From: Klebsormidium nitens
Lineage: Eukaryota; Plantae; Klebsormidiophyceae
DNA length: 64,000 bases
Direction: 5' to 3'
Assembly (NCBI GenBank): GCA_000708835.1
Contig: DF236961.1
Span: forward strand, 378,332-442,331
The position numbers and the translations under genes were made by a program. This document shows positions 60,900 through 64,000 of the stretch, piece after piece. The notes below the pieces were generated by a model that saw nothing but the letters and a program-made list of their open reading frames with translations, was not told where the DNA came from and did no database searches. Numbering within the stretch: position 1 is the first letter of the stretch; each line of letters opens with the position of its first letter.

Positions 60900-62420
60900 G
60901 GGCTTGTACACGATGAAGCCAGCAGCCTGGACCTGCCTCCTCCTGTTGAAGCCGAGGACGCGGACGTAGGTTCCAGGGAAGGTCCTCTTGCACTCCTCAA
61001 CCTCGCTCAGCACCTCGTTGGCGTTTTGGCAGCCGAACAGAGGCAGCTTCCACATGGTCCAGTAGCGGCCGTCATAGTATCCAGGGCTGGTGTGGTGCTC
61101 CCTGTGGATGAAACCGTTCTGCAACAGAAAAGTCAAAATGAGTGCACCAAATGAGGATGGACAATGAAGGGCATTTGAAGAGGCTGGGGTCTCCTATTTC
61201 TCCAAATGGAGGATTAGTCTCAAACCAATGTGATGACTTTCTAGGAATCAAAAGCATTGATGGCTGACAGGTTCTCTTGCCCTCTTGTGACATTTGCATC
61301 TTCTCTACATCACAATCGATCACTTGCGAAATCGTCTTAAGGCTTTCGCTTTTACCAACAAATCTGTCAAGGCACTGCAGAGCTACCAAGCCGAGTCAGC
61401 AGATCGACGTTGACGTGTTCAAAATGAGACTAGATCTACAAGACAGACAGACTGGAGACAGAAGAGGGCTGTAGTACTTACATTGTCGAACTCAATACAG
61501 GGGCTCCAGCCCTGTGCCAGGAGGTAGTCCACCTGCTTCAGGATCTGTTGAGCGGAGAGGGGGGGGAGGTAGGAGAGGGTCTCGAACTTCTTGTTGTTGA
61601 TGGGGGTCCACACCTGGAAGGCAGAAAGGAAACAGAATGTTAACAACTTTCCCAATGCCGAATGCAGCTCTCTGTCTTGGAGCTATCCCGTAGCTATACT
61701 CAAAGCAGAAATGAAAAGAGATGTTGAATGCAGCTATGTGTCTCGTAGCTATACTCAAGGAGGTAATGCCGCTAGTGGGATAAAGTGGATCTGCGCAAGC
61801 ACTCTTTGCCTCCCTTATTGACATGACATGTTCCTACAACGGTAAGGCATTTTTATTCATGATCCTATTGGCCGAACCCTTACCGGATTGACCGCGTTGA
61901 CCAAAATCGAAACTCGAGCGAGTAACCTCTTAACCGTCCTCTACTAACCCCACCAGACTCCCTGCTTCGAAAACGAGACATCCTTAACCCCAAAAGAAAG
62001 CCTTCATCGCAAAACTTTCAAAGGGGAGGTCATTCTAGTTTCAACTTCAAGTCCAGCCTGTATTGTAACCTTCAGTGGACCTTGAGTGACTCAGTTGCAC
62101 ATACTTTCCTTCTTAAAAACCAGTCTCTGACTAGATCTGATCTACAGTCCCTCACTACAATCTCCTCTCAGTTTGTCGAAACCATCAAGAAAAGGATGAA
62201 TCACCTGCATGTCCTGCATGGCCTGAACGCGAGATCCATTTGACACAGTCTGAGAAGCGAAGCCTTTGGAAGGAGTGCACAGAGCGTTCTTCTGCTTGAG
62301 GCCGGAGAAAGCTCTGAGAGGGGTGGCTGTCGAAGCCTTGCCGGCGACGCTAGCCTTGGCGGAGGCAGCTGCGAAGGAAGCAGCACAGCCGACGGACTGG
62401 ACAGCCAGGGAGGACGCCAT
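60405..62420 (-). CDS. rbcS: Rubisco small subunit precursor with a 164-aa repetitive C-terminal extension (353 aa)
   Basis: Exons 62420-62205, 61613-61482, 61118-60405. Transit peptide with AFSGLK and VSNGSRVQ motifs. Mature domain [19 protein letters not shown]...EFDN|[30 protein letters not shown]...[13 protein letters not shown]. Both introns are at the positions conserved in land-plant rbcS (MQ|VW and in the betaA-betaB loop). Confidence 0.97.
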
Positions 62421-64000
62421 TTTGGTGCGAGAGCTAAAAGATGCGCCTTGAAAAGTTGATGAACTGGAGGGAGAAAGGAATGCTGCGTGCTGCACTGTGT
62501 GATATGTATGATCCCTGCCCTCACAGCTGATCAGATGGAGAATGTGGAGCCTTCCAGCTTGAGCGGGAATGGTGGTTTAAAATTAACTATTAAGTAGGTT
62601 AGTGCGCGACGAAATCTGATAGGCCAGTGTTTAGGCCTGGATCAGTCCGTTTGCGAGGCCGGTGGCCGTGTGCATGCTGCAGGAGCCGGCCGGTTAACGA
62701 GCTTCTTGTGTGGGCCAGTGTGGGGTGAGCAAAGAAACCTGCACACATTTCAACATTTGTGGCCTGCGTTTTGCCTTCACAAGTACCGAATCTGCTCGAG
62801 GGGTTTTGGTGGCCGGTGGATAAGATTCGCACTTGACACCGCACAAAAAGGTAAAGGGCGACAACTGCATGGCACTTTTGGCGGTTCATCATGACGCTGG
62901 CATAGCCTGCGATCGAGTGCTGGGTCGCCTAGGACCCTATTGGCTGGCCGTCGAGTCCGAACACCAAGTGTGACATCATACATGAATGGCACAGGCGGAT
63001 TGAAATTGGACACCTGTCCCAGGGCCAAAGCGAATCGACGGCATCCTGAATTCCGCGGCAGCCTCCTGTGTCACCGTCGACCCCGACTCCCGCGCGGGCC
63101 TGGTGCGGCCGCCGGCCGGCGCGTCGGCCGGCCAGCGGTTTCATTGAATCCGACTGGACCGATCCAATCGCCACGCGGCCGGCCGGGCAGAGCCCGGGCA
63201 GAGTGGCCGACGACGCGGTGCAGCCTGCATGGCACACCGTACGGTACCACAACCGTTCGATAGACTTTTCCGTCATCGTGCGCCGTCAAATCGTTCATCG
63301 CACGGCCGGAGTTCAGTTTGAACCATTACATCGCAAAATTGGACCCGTCGAACGAAACTCATTAAGCTTTGCCTTAGGACTCAGGTGCAAAAAGTGCGCG
63401 GCACTGACTCGGGTATTGTCGTACTGCCCGGCTGAAATGTGAAAGTGGTCGGAAATACCACATTTCAGTCCGGCCGAGTGACCGCGGGACTGCATCCGGT
63501 AGGTACTTATCGAAATTTAAAATTCTTCACGGAACTCGGTGATTTCCGACTCGCCGAAACGCCTTGTTTCCAGTGAACACTGAGTTAAACTCACTGAACT
63601 CCGAGGCTACAAGCAGCGCACGAGGCCCGTAGCCCCAAATTCGCCGGCGACTCCGACTCAAATCGACCGGGCCTCGCGTGAGAGGCTGTACCACTGTTCT
63701 ACTAGCAAAATAGGCTGCGCCGAGGCTGCAGTGGCCAATATCCGGGCCTCCGAAGCGTTACATAGGTAGCTGAGACTTCAGACTTGCTGTTCGATCGCCT
63801 CTCGTGAGTTGGATTTCCTAGGGTCCAGACCGGTTGTGACGTCACGGAAATTTGCAAAACCTCCGAACCTTCACTTTCATGAACGGACGTGCGCGGCGGC
63901 CGGGCTTCAGCGGCCGCCGCCATTGAAGCCGCGGTCAAGATTGTTGCTTTCCAGTGACCTTATTCCCACGGGGTGGCAACTCCAGTTTTAAAATAGAGGG

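Noticed and set aside
62819-62824. GATAAG (I-box-like) about 400 bp upstream of the rbcS ATG
   Set aside because: A single hexamer is expected by chance, and no paired G-box was found nearby.

Overview
Eukaryotic nuclear DNA (GC about 50%, GT-AG introns, GC3-rich exons) from a streptophyte green alga. Klebsormidium is my inference from the land-plant-type rbcS intron positions and a cilia-associated tubulin deglutamylase; I could not run a search. I built gene models by hand from splice sites and exon phases: a partial plastid-targeted unknown gene (-); a 1260-aa cytosolic carboxypeptidase (+, 3709-11530); a heptad-repeat protein with a C-terminal hydrophobic anchor spanning a 276-nt N gap (-); a large acidic, probably plastid-targeted orphan (-, 23559-33722); PEX11 (+); BET3/TRAPPC3 (-); BZW/eIF5-mimic (+); a LysM plus transmembrane protein (-); a second copy of the last four BZW exons, possibly fused to new 5' exons (+); and rbcS (-). 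There are several MITE-like elements and a LINE 3' remnant with a nested MITE. The main finding is the rbcS. It encodes an intact small subunit followed in frame by a 164-aa Pro/Ala/Thr-rich tail carrying four S[WF]ED[IT]P[SG]F[FW]G motifs. This sticker-and-spacer layout suggests a Rubisco-condensing (pyrenoid) linker fused to the small subunit. Two further findings stand out: the partial BZW duplicate appears to be under purifying selection (15 synonymous vs 2 non-synonymous differences, counted by hand), and many introns contain decayed tandem copies of the neighbouring exon boundaries.
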